DNA of 64,000 bases from Eubacteriales bacterium (GTDB lineage Bacteria > Bacillota > Clostridia > Saccharofermentanales > DTU023). Numbering within the stretch: the first letter of the stretch is position 1; the number at the start of each line of letters is the position of its first letter. The translations under genes and the position numbers were made by a program. The notes beneath the pieces were generated by a model. The model saw nothing but the letters and a program-made list of their open reading frames with translations. It was not told where the DNA came from and made no database searches. The DNA lies in assembly GCA_030537595.1 (NCBI GenBank), contig JAUNVR010000004.1:4761-68760 (forward strand), read 5' to 3'. This document shows positions 17,774 to 26,823 of the stretch, in pieces.

Positions 17774-18504
17774 TCAGACTCTTTGTCCTCCGTCTTTGCT
17801 TGGCTTAGCGCATCTTCGTTATAGAGGCGGTAACCTTGCCCCCAGACTACGGTAATGTAACGTGGTTCAGCAGGGTTGATCTCGAGCTTTTCACGGAGGT
17901 GACGGATATGAACGGCCAGGGTGCCTTCAGCTCCGAAGGGCTTACTTTGCCAAACTGCTGAGTAAATATCCTTTGAGGAGTGGACCTGGTTAGGATTTAG
18001 CATCAAGAATTCGAAGATCTTATACTCTGTTGGAGTTAGGTTCACCCACTCCCCATCACGGCTGACCATCTCCTTTTTACTATCCAAGAGGAGGTTGCCA
18101 CAAATATAAACTTCTTCCGGGGCTTTAGGTTGAGCGCCGAGGTCGGTGTAGCGGCGGAGGATACTCTTCACTCTGGCTAAGAGCTCAAAGGGGTTAAAGG
18201 GCTTAGTTAAATAATCATCTGCACCAATGTTCAGACCGGCGATTTTATCTGCATCCTGATCTTTCGCTGAGAGAAAGATAATCGGGACGTTGGAGAATTC
18301 ACGGATTTTTTCCGCGCATTCAAAACCGTCCATAACTGGCATCATAATGTCCAAAATGACAACTTCCGGCTGCTTTTCACGGACGATTTCTAGAGCTTCT
18401 ACTCCATTTTCCGCCAGGTAAATATCTTTGAACTCAGAAGCCATATAGATTTTCACAGCTTCCCGAATATCGCGGTCATCATCGACGATTAAAATTGAGT
18501 GCAT
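17770..18504 (-). CDS. OmpR-family response regulator
   Basis: The receiver domain reads ILIVDDD...ILDIMMPVMDG, and the winged-helix C-terminus ends VWGQGYRL. The ATG at 18504 follows GGAGGA by 5 nt. The ORF track start at 18516 is the alternative. Confidence 0.9.
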   Translation of the reverse strand: MHSILIVDDDRDIREAVKIYMASEFKDIYLAENGVEALEIVREKQPEVVILDIMMPVMDGFECAEKIREFSNVPIIFLSAKDQDADKIAGLNIGADDYLTKPFNPFELLARVKSILRRYTDLGAQPKAPEEVYICGNLLLDSKKEMVSRDGEWVNLTPTEYKIFEFLMLNPNQVHSSKDIYSAVWQSKPFGAEGTLAVHIRHLREKLEINPAEPRYITVVWGQGYRLYNEDALSQAKTEDKESE

Positions 18505-18591
18505 TGCTTCCTCCATACTTCAGCCCTGTTTTAAAGGAATAATAGTCCTTATATTATAAGGCCTTTTCGCAGTGGAATTCTTAAGCAGAAC

Positions 18592-19881
18592 TTAATTATC
18601 CAGGGGTAGTCCCGGTGGGCGAATTAAGAGCGGAGGATTCTCTGCAGTATAGTCACAGTTGAGTAGACGCGCAGGGCAGAGAATATTCCGCCCATATTTT
18701 TCTGACAAGCTGTAGCTGATGCGGTTTAGTTTTTCTAGTTTTTCAAGCTTCTGCCAGTCTTCAAAAAAATGTTCCTGGATTGGTTGATTCGCAGCTTGGA
18801 GCTGAATGGCGCGGACGCTTAAGGCGCGCAAAGGCTTATTTTGTGGATATTTTTCCAGATATAGGGCGAAGGCGTGGCGAGCAAGATAAAGCTCAGAGCT
18901 GGCTGGATAGGGCAGGGGTTTCTGCAGCTCGACAGTATGTAGCTCAGTATCCTTCAGGCCAATTTGGATTCCCCCGGCCTTATAATTGCCTTCCTGCAAA
19001 CGGTAACTCAGCTCATGACTAAGTTTAAGTAGAACGGTAAAAACCTCCTCGGCATTTTGCAGATCTCGGCGACAGGTCAGGCCATGCCCGATGCTCTTAA
19101 CGGGGATGCTTTCACCAAAGATTCGCACGCGGCCAGAGTCTAGTCCATTGGCCCAGTCATGGAGGCGCAGCCCATTAACCCCGAGTCTTTGCCCTAAGAA
19201 GTCTCGGGGTGCACGCGCTAGGTCGCCAATCGTGAAGATGCCATACTTAGCAAGCTTACGCGTCGTTGCGGGACCAACTCCAAGCAGTTCAGAGGCCGGC
19301 CTGGGCCAAATTACACGGCGAAAATCGTGACGTCCGATGACTGTGCTCGCATCCGGTTTTTTATAGTCAGAACCGAACTTAGCAAAAACTTTATTGAAGC
19401 TGACTCCAACTGAGATACTGAGCTTCAACTCAGATTTCATCCGTGCGCGCAATTGATCGGCGATTTCGGCTCCGCTGCCAAAGAGTTTTTGACTCTCGCT
19501 GACATCTAACCAACACTCGTCTAAACCGTAGCTTTCCACTTGGTCTGAATATTCGTAGTAAATCTTGCGAGCCAAGCGAGAGTAATAGAGATATGCTTCA
19601 TAGTTCGGGGGGACGAGGATGAGATCTGGGCACTTTTGCTGGGCTTGCCAAATTGCCTCCCCAGTTTTCACTCCAGCTTGTTTTGCGGCTTCACTTTTCG
19701 CGAGGATGATGCCGTGGCGATCTTCCCGGCTTCCGGCAACTGCCATCCTGCTACCGCGGAGTTGGGGGTTTAAAATCATCTCGACAGAGGCATAGAAGGC
19801 ATTCATATCGCAATGCAAGATACTGCGCTCGCCTAAATCTGTGGCTCTGCTGGCAAAGTGCTCTGAACTTAGGGCGGACAT
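18592..19881 (-). CDS. dinB: DNA polymerase IV (Y-family)
   Basis: ILHCDMNAFYASVE and SIDE-like Y-family motifs are present. The start is taken at MSALSS (ATG 19881), 7 nt after AGGAGA. The ORF track start at 19941 is probably upstream read-through. Confidence 0.9.
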   Translation of the reverse strand: MSALSSEHFASRATDLGERSILHCDMNAFYASVEMILNPQLRGSRMAVAGSREDRHGIILAKSEAAKQAGVKTGEAIWQAQQKCPDLILVPPNYEAYLYYSRLARKIYYEYSDQVESYGLDECWLDVSESQKLFGSGAEIADQLRARMKSELKLSISVGVSFNKVFAKFGSDYKKPDASTVIGRHDFRRVIWPRPASELLGVGPATTRKLAKYGIFTIGDLARAPRDFLGQRLGVNGLRLHDWANGLDSGRVRIFGESIPVKSIGHGLTCRRDLQNAEEVFTVLLKLSHELSYRLQEGNYKAGGIQIGLKDTELHTVELQKPLPYPASSELYLARHAFALYLEKYPQNKPLRALSVRAIQLQAANQPIQEHFFEDWQKLEKLEKLNRISYSLSEKYGRNILCPARLLNCDYTAENPPLLIRPPGLPLDN

Positions 19882-19933
19882 ATCAGCTCTCCTCTCTGCT
19901 TGACAGCTAAGCTGCACTAAAGTAAGGTTGAGA

Positions 19934-19983
19934 TGAAACAACTTGCAGCTCGAGTGAAAACAGAATAGCTGAAAGTTGTTTCA
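19934..19983. promoter_or_regulatory. 16-bp inverted repeat (15/16 match, 18-nt spacer) in the dinB / xre-immA divergent intergenic region
   Basis: TGAAACAACTTGCAGC (19934-19949) faces GCTGAAAGTTGTTTCA (19968-19983). A candidate plus-strand promoter, TTGACA (19900-19905) then 17 nt then TAAGGT (19923-19928), ends just upstream. Confidence 0.45.
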
Positions 19984-20024
19984 CTGTCAAGTGAAAGTTG
20001 ATTAAGGATAGCGAGGCTTTAAAG

Positions 20025-20471
20025 ATGTTAAATAATCTTTCAAAAGAAGAGCAGATGGCTCTGGACTTCGGTTCAAAATTACGCAAATTGCGCAGAGCTC
20101 AGCAGCTCACGCAAAAGGATTTGGCCGAAAAAATAGGCGTTTCCACACGCACTGTAATCAACTATGAGCAGGGGCGCTGCTTGCCGAAGCAGGCGCAGGT
20201 TATAGGCCTACTCGCTGATGAGTTTAATGTTTCAGCAGATTATCTTTTAAGTGAGCGGCAAAATCCACCTGAGCTGGAAAGCTTCAATTGGTCCGGCGTC
20301 TATGGCAAAGCGGCGGTTGAGGAACTGGTTTCACGCCTGACCACGCTCTTTGCAGGCGGTTATCTGAACGAGAATGATCGCGATGCAGCGATGGAGGCTA
20401 TCACGCAGGCTTACTGGGAAAGTAGGCGCGCCGAGCGCAGCGATTCTGAGGAGCCCGGTCAGGAGAGTTAG
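20025..20471 (+). CDS. XRE-family HTH transcriptional regulator (ImmR/DdrO-like position)
   Basis: The HTH_3 domain reads LRKLRRAQQLTQKDLAEKIGVSTRTVINYEQG. The ATG at 20025 is preferred over the TTG at 19998. Confidence 0.8.
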   Translation: MLNNLSKEEQMALDFGSKLRKLRRAQQLTQKDLAEKIGVSTRTVINYEQGRCLPKQAQVIGLLADEFNVSADYLLSERQNPPELESFNWSGVYGKAAVEELVSRLTTLFAGGYLNENDRDAAMEAITQAYWESRRAERSDSEEPGQES

Positions 20472-20474
20472 GCC

Positions 20475-20993
20475 TTGCAAAAATACAGTTACATCATAGA
20501 TAGCTGTGCGGCCTTATGCGAGAAGCATCAGAGCAGAGACCCTCTACTTTTAGCTGAAGCGGATGGAATTCATCTTTTCCCACGCTTTGACTTTGAGCAG
20601 TTGAAGGGGATGTACATGGTGCTGAATAACTGGCGCTGTATTTTCTACAAGGCGGACTTAGCAGAGCCTCAGATTGCTGAGATTATTGCCCATGAGTTGG
20701 GTCACGATCAGCTGCATCAAGATTACATTGAGGCGGGTCGGGAGTTTATTGATCACAGCCTCTTTGATCCGCGCTCTAAATTAGAGCGTGAAGCCAATTT
20801 CTTTGCGGCCGAGTTATTGCTCACAGACCGCGAGTTCTTTGACTTAATGGAGGAGGGGGCAGCCTTGGAGTGGGCGGCTCAAACCTGTGGCTATAATCCC
20901 AATTTATTGCTCTACAAGGCTGAATTGTTACGCTCTAAGGGATACCAGCTAAGCCTGCCGTTTACGCCACGAGCAGACTTCCTGGCGACCTAA
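20475..20993 (+). CDS. ImmA/IrrE-family (COG2856) zinc metallopeptidase
   Basis: It has the HEXXH motif IAHELGHDQLH and a downstream E...FAAELL block typical of the family. The TTG start lies 3 nt after the XRE stop and is preceded by GGAGAG. Confidence 0.8.
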   Translation: MQKYSYIIDSCAALCEKHQSRDPLLLAEADGIHLFPRFDFEQLKGMYMVLNNWRCIFYKADLAEPQIAEIIAHELGHDQLHQDYIEAGREFIDHSLFDPRSKLEREANFFAAELLLTDREFFDLMEEGAALEWAAQTCGYNPNLLLYKAELLRSKGYQLSLPFTPRADFLAT

Positions 20994-21141
20994 GCCGGCC
21001 TTTTTAGACTTTCAATTATATTTTGCTGCAACAGTCTTGTAACATAGATTGCTGGTAAAGCGAGCCTAAATTTCATACAATTAGAAAACTAAAGATGGAG
21101 ACATAGGTGTTGCTATTAATTCTGTCTAATGGAGGCCTGTT

Positions 21142-22662
21142 TTGCAGAAGTACCCAAGTTCAGATTCAGAGAAACGCAGTTCTAAAGCAGGGGAGGAATC
21201 CAGCTTTGCTAAGCCCTGGCTGCGAGTCACAGTTATCGTACTAGCAGTAGTCAGTGCGTTATTCCTCCTGCTTGCAGCTGGCTTTTTCCTACTCTCTCGT
21301 CAGGGCAGAAAGAATGCTGAAAAGATTGCCTTTAATCCAATTGAGCAAGCGAGCAACACCGAGCGGGAGATCTTAGAGACCTTAAAAATTATGCCGACAG
21401 AAGCTGAGCCTGAACTAGCAGAGCAACAAGCCGGGCGTAGTGAGCGCAGGATTATTAAGGATCCCGCAGCCGTAATGGCTGAGATGAGTGAATTGCTAGA
21501 GAAGGGCAAGAGCTTAGCCTTAGCTGACGAAGTATTGGAAAATTACAGCCTCGGTCAGATGGCCGATGCGGAATCCGATTTGCAACCCTTTATTCGGCAG
21601 CAGGTCCAGGCTATCCAAGCTGCAATTCCCGACGATTTGGGGATTCAGGTTCAAGAAGATACAGTTACTGCAACTTATGAGCTACCTTTGACAGCTGCCT
21701 TTGAGATGGGCAATTTTGTCGAAACAGGGGTTCAACTCTGGGTCTTTGCTGAAATTGCTAATATTCGTCAGGATGCTTCAATCGATGCGCCGAAGCTCGG
21801 AGAAGCAGTTCGTGGGGACTTTGTCTGGGAGGTTTCCAGTAATGGTGCCTGGTCATACGTCGTTTTCCAAGACGGTACAGCAGGTTACATCTACAAGGAT
21901 TTACTCCGTGAAGTCGAGGTCGAGCATGAGGTTGTAGAAGTCATCACCCTGAGCGATGAGGAGCTGGATAATTTAACTCCATTCGAGGCCACTTTGTATT
22001 CAAAGAACTCTGGCGTGAGAATTCGCAAAACTCCATCCACAGAAAGTGAAATTATCGGGGAGCTGTACTACGGCGACTCCGTGCAGTGTATTGCTTACGG
22101 CATCGACTGGTATCAGGTCATCTTGCCGGATGGGCAAATTGGCTACATCTATGGTGACCTAGTCCAATTTGATCCGGTTGAGGATTTGAATCCCTTAGAG
22201 GAGGCCGGCGAGAACTTCCATGACTACGATGAGTTCGTGGATGAGAATGATTGGTACGAGCCAGAAATCCCCGTTGCTGAACCTTCAGCCGGTGGTCAGG
22301 GTCTGGTTAACCTAGCCCTGCAGCATGTCGGTAAGCCCTATGTTCTAGGTGCCACCGGACCGGACGCTTTTGACTGCTCAGGCTTTGTCCAATTCCTCTT
22401 GGCTCAGATGGGCGTTTCAGTAGGTCGAACCACTTATGATCAGGTTCATGCTGGAAGTCCTGTAAACTGGGGTGGTGATGTAAACAACCTGCTGCCAGGT
22501 GATATCATTCTCTTAGGTAGAGCTGGGGATATTTATCACTCGATGATATATATCGGGAACGGGCAGATTGTCCACGCCGGAACCCCCGCTACGGGAGTTA
22601 ATGTGGACCAATTAGAATGGTACATGTCGCAAATAGCTCATGTACGGAGGATTTTCTACTAG
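21142..22662 (+). CDS. Cell-wall hydrolase: N-terminal TM anchor, SH3b-like domains and a C-terminal NlpC/P60 endopeptidase
   Basis: The NlpC/P60 catalytic block is GPDAFDCSGFVQFLL ... YHSMIYIGNGQIVHA. The SH3-like motifs are GYIYKDLL and GYIYGDLV. Confidence 0.8.
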   Translation: MQKYPSSDSEKRSSKAGEESSFAKPWLRVTVIVLAVVSALFLLLAAGFFLLSRQGRKNAEKIAFNPIEQASNTEREILETLKIMPTEAEPELAEQQAGRSERRIIKDPAAVMAEMSELLEKGKSLALADEVLENYSLGQMADAESDLQPFIRQQVQAIQAAIPDDLGIQVQEDTVTATYELPLTAAFEMGNFVETGVQLWVFAEIANIRQDASIDAPKLGEAVRGDFVWEVSSNGAWSYVVFQDGTAGYIYKDLLREVEVEHEVVEVITLSDEELDNLTPFEATLYSKNSGVRIRKTPSTESEIIGELYYGDSVQCIAYGIDWYQVILPDGQIGYIYGDLVQFDPVEDLNPLEEAGENFHDYDEFVDENDWYEPEIPVAEPSAGGQGLVNLALQHVGKPYVLGATGPDAFDCSGFVQFLLAQMGVSVGRTTYDQVHAGSPVNWGGDVNNLLPGDIILLGRAGDIYHSMIYIGNGQIVHAGTPATGVNVDQLEWYMSQIAHVRRIFY

Positions 22663-22698
22663 AATATAGAGATTCATAATTAGAGAGGTAGGGGCTGT

Positions 22699-24357
22699 AT
22701 GGCACGGCAAAATCAGGATGCAAAGGCCGGAGCAAAAAAAACAAAGAACCAGCGTGTGAGGCGTGAGAAAAGAAGTCTCTTCGTGAGTCTTTGCCTCCTT
22801 TTAATTGCTGTAGTAGTAGTTTATTTTTCATGGTTGAGAAATTATTCCGCCCTGGATGAACAGAATGTCTTACGTCCAGCACGTACGACAAAGCCGGCTA
22901 AGGAACTTGCAGATTCAGAGCTTAAATCTGAGCGTCTACCAAGCAATCTAAGCCTAAGCGGTATTCAGCTTGGTGACTTAGAGATTGATGCAGCTATAGA
23001 AGCTTTGAATCAGCATCTCGATGACTTAATCGCGCACGAATTCACCTTCTATCACGGTGAAAAAGAAGTGCGGGTTAGCGGCCCTGAGCTAGGTTTGAAG
23101 ATTGCTGAGCCTGAATTGCGCAAAATATTAGCTGAAGCAGTTAAAAGCCAGAAGGGTGGAAGTCTTGAGATCCCCCTCGAAGCTTCAGCTGAAAACTTAG
23201 CGAAAGTTTTAGATAAATTGGAGCGCAATTTTAATAAGCAGGCCAAAGACGCAAGTTACGCTGAGAACAGTACGGCCGGCGGGAAGCTAGAGTTGAAACC
23301 TGCTGAAACTGGCTTGGCCTTCAATCGGGGAGCCTTTGTTGCGGAGCTCAAAGAGCGCCTACTCAAGGGACAGCTAGATTCACGAATTGAGCTGAATCTG
23401 GAGCCGGTAGATGCAGAGATCCAAGCCTCAGACTTAGAGACTGACTTTAGTCTTCTAGCCAGTGCTTATACTAATATTCCTTACTATGACGCGAATCGAA
23501 TTCACAACCTAATCGTTTCCTGTGAGAAGATTAGTGGCGCAATTATCCAGCCAGGGCAGATTTATTCCTTCATGAATGTGATGGGTGACTTCCAGCCGGG
23601 CGATGGCTGGGCCGATGCCGGCATCCAGTCAGATGGAGTAACAGTTTCAGGCCTGGGTGGCGGAATCTGCCAGACTTCAACGACCTTATTCCAGGCAGCT
23701 ATTTTGGCCGGCTTGGATATCGTTGAGGCGCATAACCATGACCTGCCCTCGGATTACTGTGAACTCGGTCAAGATGCAATGGTAGCCTATGGCTGGTCCG
23801 ACTTAAAGATTCAGAATAATCTCAAAGCACCAGTAAAAATAATTGCTTATTTCTCTAATCCCTCAGTGATTTTTGAGATTTATGGCCCGGCTCGTGAGGC
23901 AGGATTGACAACCCAGCTGTATGTCGAGCATGGTGATAAGATCAAACCCGGTCCAGATGAAAAGCGCGAGACTGAAGATTTAGAGCCTGGTGAGACTAAA
24001 GTATTTAGACAGCGCTCTGAAGGTTATAAAACTAGTTTATACCGTCTCTGGTTAAAAAATGGCGAGGTCATTCAGAAGGATTGGATCACGAGCTACACTT
24101 ATCCGGCCTTCTCAGCTATTTATCTGGTTGGGAAAAAGCCTAAGGGCAGTGAGACAGAGGAGTCTGATAATGACAATTCCTGGCCGCTGAGCCCGAGTTC
24201 TACGGGTTACAACTATGAGCCAACAAATAAATGGCAGAACGGTGGCTACGATTATGACTACAATCCGGGCGGGGAACAGAGCAAGAACAATTATTACGAT
24301 CCGGGCACTTACCCGTCTTATCAGGTACCAGATTCGTCGCAGGAGACAGGCTGTTGA
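22699..24357 (+). CDS. VanW-family protein with a Tyr/Asn/Gly-rich C-terminal tail
   Basis: It has an N-terminal TM segment and the VanW core GGGICQTSTTLFQAAILAGL. The C-terminus is low-complexity. Confidence 0.8.
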   Translation: MARQNQDAKAGAKKTKNQRVRREKRSLFVSLCLLLIAVVVVYFSWLRNYSALDEQNVLRPARTTKPAKELADSELKSERLPSNLSLSGIQLGDLEIDAAIEALNQHLDDLIAHEFTFYHGEKEVRVSGPELGLKIAEPELRKILAEAVKSQKGGSLEIPLEASAENLAKVLDKLERNFNKQAKDASYAENSTAGGKLELKPAETGLAFNRGAFVAELKERLLKGQLDSRIELNLEPVDAEIQASDLETDFSLLASAYTNIPYYDANRIHNLIVSCEKISGAIIQPGQIYSFMNVMGDFQPGDGWADAGIQSDGVTVSGLGGGICQTSTTLFQAAILAGLDIVEAHNHDLPSDYCELGQDAMVAYGWSDLKIQNNLKAPVKIIAYFSNPSVIFEIYGPAREAGLTTQLYVEHGDKIKPGPDEKRETEDLEPGETKVFRQRSEGYKTSLYRLWLKNGEVIQKDWITSYTYPAFSAIYLVGKKPKGSETEESDNDNSWPLSPSSTGYNYEPTNKWQNGGYDYDYNPGGEQSKNNYYDPGTYPSYQVPDSSQETGC

Positions 24358-24369
24358 GGTGATTAGTTT

Positions 24370-25740
24370 CTACCCGGCGGGTGAAAAGATAGTTTCTAAT
24401 AAGCATTCGTTGGCTGGCAGGACTTGGAGTTCTGCCAGTTCTTTTTCTCTGAAGAAGCCGCCAGCGGAATGCTCGAGTAAGATGGGCTCAGTCTCTGCAC
24501 TCAAGTTTAAGCGGTAGAAAATTAAATTGACGCGCAAATCAGCGTAGTCCCAAAGTAAGAAGTAGTACGGATCTTTCCCTAATTGATCGACTGTAAGCTC
24601 GAGCCCGAGCTCTTCTTTAAGTTCACGGCAGAGGGCCTGGTCTGGAAATTCTCCAGCTTCCACCTTCCCACCTGGAAGCTCCCAGTAGCCAGCCATGAAG
24701 CTGCCCTCGGGACGTTGCCCCATAAAGAGCTGATCAGCCTTAAAGAGGCAGGCTGCGCTCACTAGAATTTCCGGAGGAGCATTGATGCTGCCAGCTTTAA
24801 ATAATTCACGCTTGCGATTGCTGCCATGGTAATCCGAGCCTCCCGTCCGGAAGAGCCTCAAAGCTAGGGCAATCAGGGAAGCGGCCTGACGAACTTCTTC
24901 TCCAGCATCACCATGCCAAACCTCTAAGCCGTCTAAGCCTGCCGCAGCTAGACTTGAGATTTTTTGCCAAGCAGAGATTGGCACAAGACCGAGCCGCGGC
25001 CCAGTAAACCAGCCATATTCGTGTGGGTGGGCGAGGACGGCTAAACCGCCAGCAGAGTGGACAGCTTTGATGGCTGCTTGAATCGTTTTTCGCTGGCGTG
25101 GGAGATAGGCTGGACGCCCCTCAAGTAAAAGCTGATTAAAGGCTTCATCGATTGAATTGAAATAGCCTTTTTGCTGCAGAACCTTGGCCATATGCACACG
25201 CCCGATAACCGCGGTCGAGCTTTGTTCAGACTTGCTATTTACTGCCTCTAATTCCTCTGCAGTAATCGCATAACCCAGGCTATTTAGCCGTTCGAGCATT
25301 CCTTGATTGCGCAGTTTGCGCTCTTTTCGCTCAGTCTCCAGATAGGCTTCGAAGCGCGCCTTTGAGGCCGCATCAAAATAGGCTAAAAGATGGACCTCCT
25401 GGCCCTTATTCTCGGCTGCGCAAGCTTCACTTTCTGGCATTAGGACACTTAACTCGACACCGTAAATTTCTGGGCCCTGATGGCCAAGATTTGCTAGGGC
25501 AGCCTGAAATTCCGCCTGCCCAGCGAGCGTATCATGGTCGGTTAAAACGACGTCACGCAAACCGCGCTCAAGTAGCTCTTGGGCTAGTTCACTAGGACTT
25601 TGGCTGCCGTCAGAAGCAGTGGAGTGTAGGTGCAAGTCGAAACAGTCTCTTTTTAAATATGCCTCGGTCCAAAAAAATTGCCGCCAGTCTGTCGCAGGAA
25701 AATCAGTTCCTAGCCCACTAGAATATCTTTTTACTGCCAT
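24370..25740 (-). CDS. Fusion protein: N-terminal PHP phosphoesterase (TrpH/YciV-like) and C-terminal Nudix (MutT-like) hydrolase
   Basis: The PHP motifs are [12 protein letters not shown] and VLTDHDT. The Nudix box is [24 protein letters not shown]. It overlaps the upstream GT2 gene by 23 nt. Confidence 0.8.
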   Translation of the reverse strand: MAVKRYSSGLGTDFPATDWRQFFWTEAYLKRDCFDLHLHSTASDGSQSPSELAQELLERGLRDVVLTDHDTLAGQAEFQAALANLGHQGPEIYGVELSVLMPESEACAAENKGQEVHLLAYFDAASKARFEAYLETERKERKLRNQGMLERLNSLGYAITAEELEAVNSKSEQSSTAVIGRVHMAKVLQQKGYFNSIDEAFNQLLLEGRPAYLPRQRKTIQAAIKAVHSAGGLAVLAHPHEYGWFTGPRLGLVPISAWQKISSLAAAGLDGLEVWHGDAGEEVRQAASLIALALRLFRTGGSDYHGSNRKRELFKAGSINAPPEILVSAACLFKADQLFMGQRPEGSFMAGYWELPGGKVEAGEFPDQALCRELKEELGLELTVDQLGKDPYYFLLWDYADLRVNLIFYRLNLSAETEPILLEHSAGGFFREKELAELQVLPANECLLETIFSPAG

Positions 25741-26716
25741 TTTGCAGCTCCTTTTCTTGCTCGGCCAGGCTGCGATTATGAAGTGAAAAACGATCCTGGT
25801 CGAAGCTCAGCTCAGACAGGAGATAGCGGGGCCGACCTTTGACCTCGATAAAGAGGCGGGCAATATAAATTGCAATCAGGCTAATTGAGAAGAGAATGGC
25901 CCCACCGATTAACAATTGGAGCAAAATTACTGTGGTAAAGCCAGTTGCCGCCTGTCCGTTGAAAAAGTGGTAAAGGGTCTGGATGCCTAGAATCAGGAAA
26001 AACAACCAAAAAACACCGGCTAAAATTGGGATAATTAACAAAATCTTTGCTGAGAAGCCGGTAATGGCATCGAGCGAAAGGCGAAGCAGGGAGAAAAAGT
26101 TCCAACTGCTCTCACCATGTTCCCGCTCTGCAACTTCAAAGTCGAAGCTGCAGCGTTTAAATCCGAGCCAGAGGGAAAGTCCACGAAAGAATGAGATGCG
26201 CTCGCTAAGCCCATACCAGGCCTCTAAAACCTTGCGATCCCAAAGCTGAAAATCCGTGGCATTGTTTAAATCGTAGCCGGAAAGTCGGCGAAAGAAGCGG
26301 TAGAAGCCCTTGGCCTTCAAGCGAGAGAAAAAACTCTCCTTTTGACGCGTGATTTTCCGCCCAGCAACTATCTCATAGCCGGACTGCCAAAGCTCTAGCA
26401 TCTTTGCGATATATTGTGGTGGAAATTGTAAGTCGCAGTCTAAGACGATTAGCGCAGAAGACTTAGGATGCACTGCATCTAAGCCTGCAAGCAGTGCGGA
26501 TTCCTTGCCGAAATTACGCGATAAACGCAATAATTTCAGGCGTGGCTCCTCCTTTTGAGCTGCCTTAAGTACAGCCCAAGTCTGATCCTCAGAACCGTCA
26601 TCTATGAAGATAAACTCATAGCTATATTCTGCTGGCAGAACACTCTGCAAGCTTTCTATAGTCGTAGGAATTTGCAAAGCTTCGTTATGTGCAGGAATAA
26701 CAAGAGAGATTAACAT
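25718..26716 (-). CDS. Family 2 glycosyltransferase (polyprenyl-phosphate sugar transferase, GtrB/ArnC-like) with C-terminal TM helices
   Basis: Readable motifs are [16 protein letters not shown] and [10 protein letters not shown]. Two C-terminal hydrophobic helices are present. Confidence 0.85.
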   Translation of the reverse strand: MLISLVIPAHNEALQIPTTIESLQSVLPAEYSYEFIFIDDGSEDQTWAVLKAAQKEEPRLKLLRLSRNFGKESALLAGLDAVHPKSSALIVLDCDLQFPPQYIAKMLELWQSGYEIVAGRKITRQKESFFSRLKAKGFYRFFRRLSGYDLNNATDFQLWDRKVLEAWYGLSERISFFRGLSLWLGFKRCSFDFEVAEREHGESSWNFFSLLRLSLDAITGFSAKILLIIPILAGVFWLFFLILGIQTLYHFFNGQAATGFTTVILLQLLIGGAILFSISLIAIYIARLFIEVKGRPRYLLSELSFDQDRFSLHNRSLAEQEKELQNGSKKIF

Positions 26717-26823
26717 ATCATCCTCGCATTTATCAGGGGCGCCAATTGCTGTTTGAGCCCTAATTTGTTATATTTGAAGCGAATAAACACAGTATAACAT
26801 AGTGCTTTTTTAAGGAGGCAATT

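Noticed and set aside
18840-18850. There is a DnaA-box-like word (tgtggatat), and the dnaD/dnaI genes are present, which raised the possibility of an origin region.
   Set aside because: It is a single imperfect box inside the dinB coding sequence. There is no cluster of boxes, AT-rich unwinding element or dnaA/dnaN nearby.
19998-20993. The XRE + ImmA pair could be the immunity module of a prophage or ICE.
   Set aside because: I found no integrase, excisionase, recombinase, phage structural or conjugation genes within 10 kb on either side. No flanking direct repeats or tRNA att site were noticed. A mobile_element call is not supported. It cannot be fully excluded without comparative genomics.
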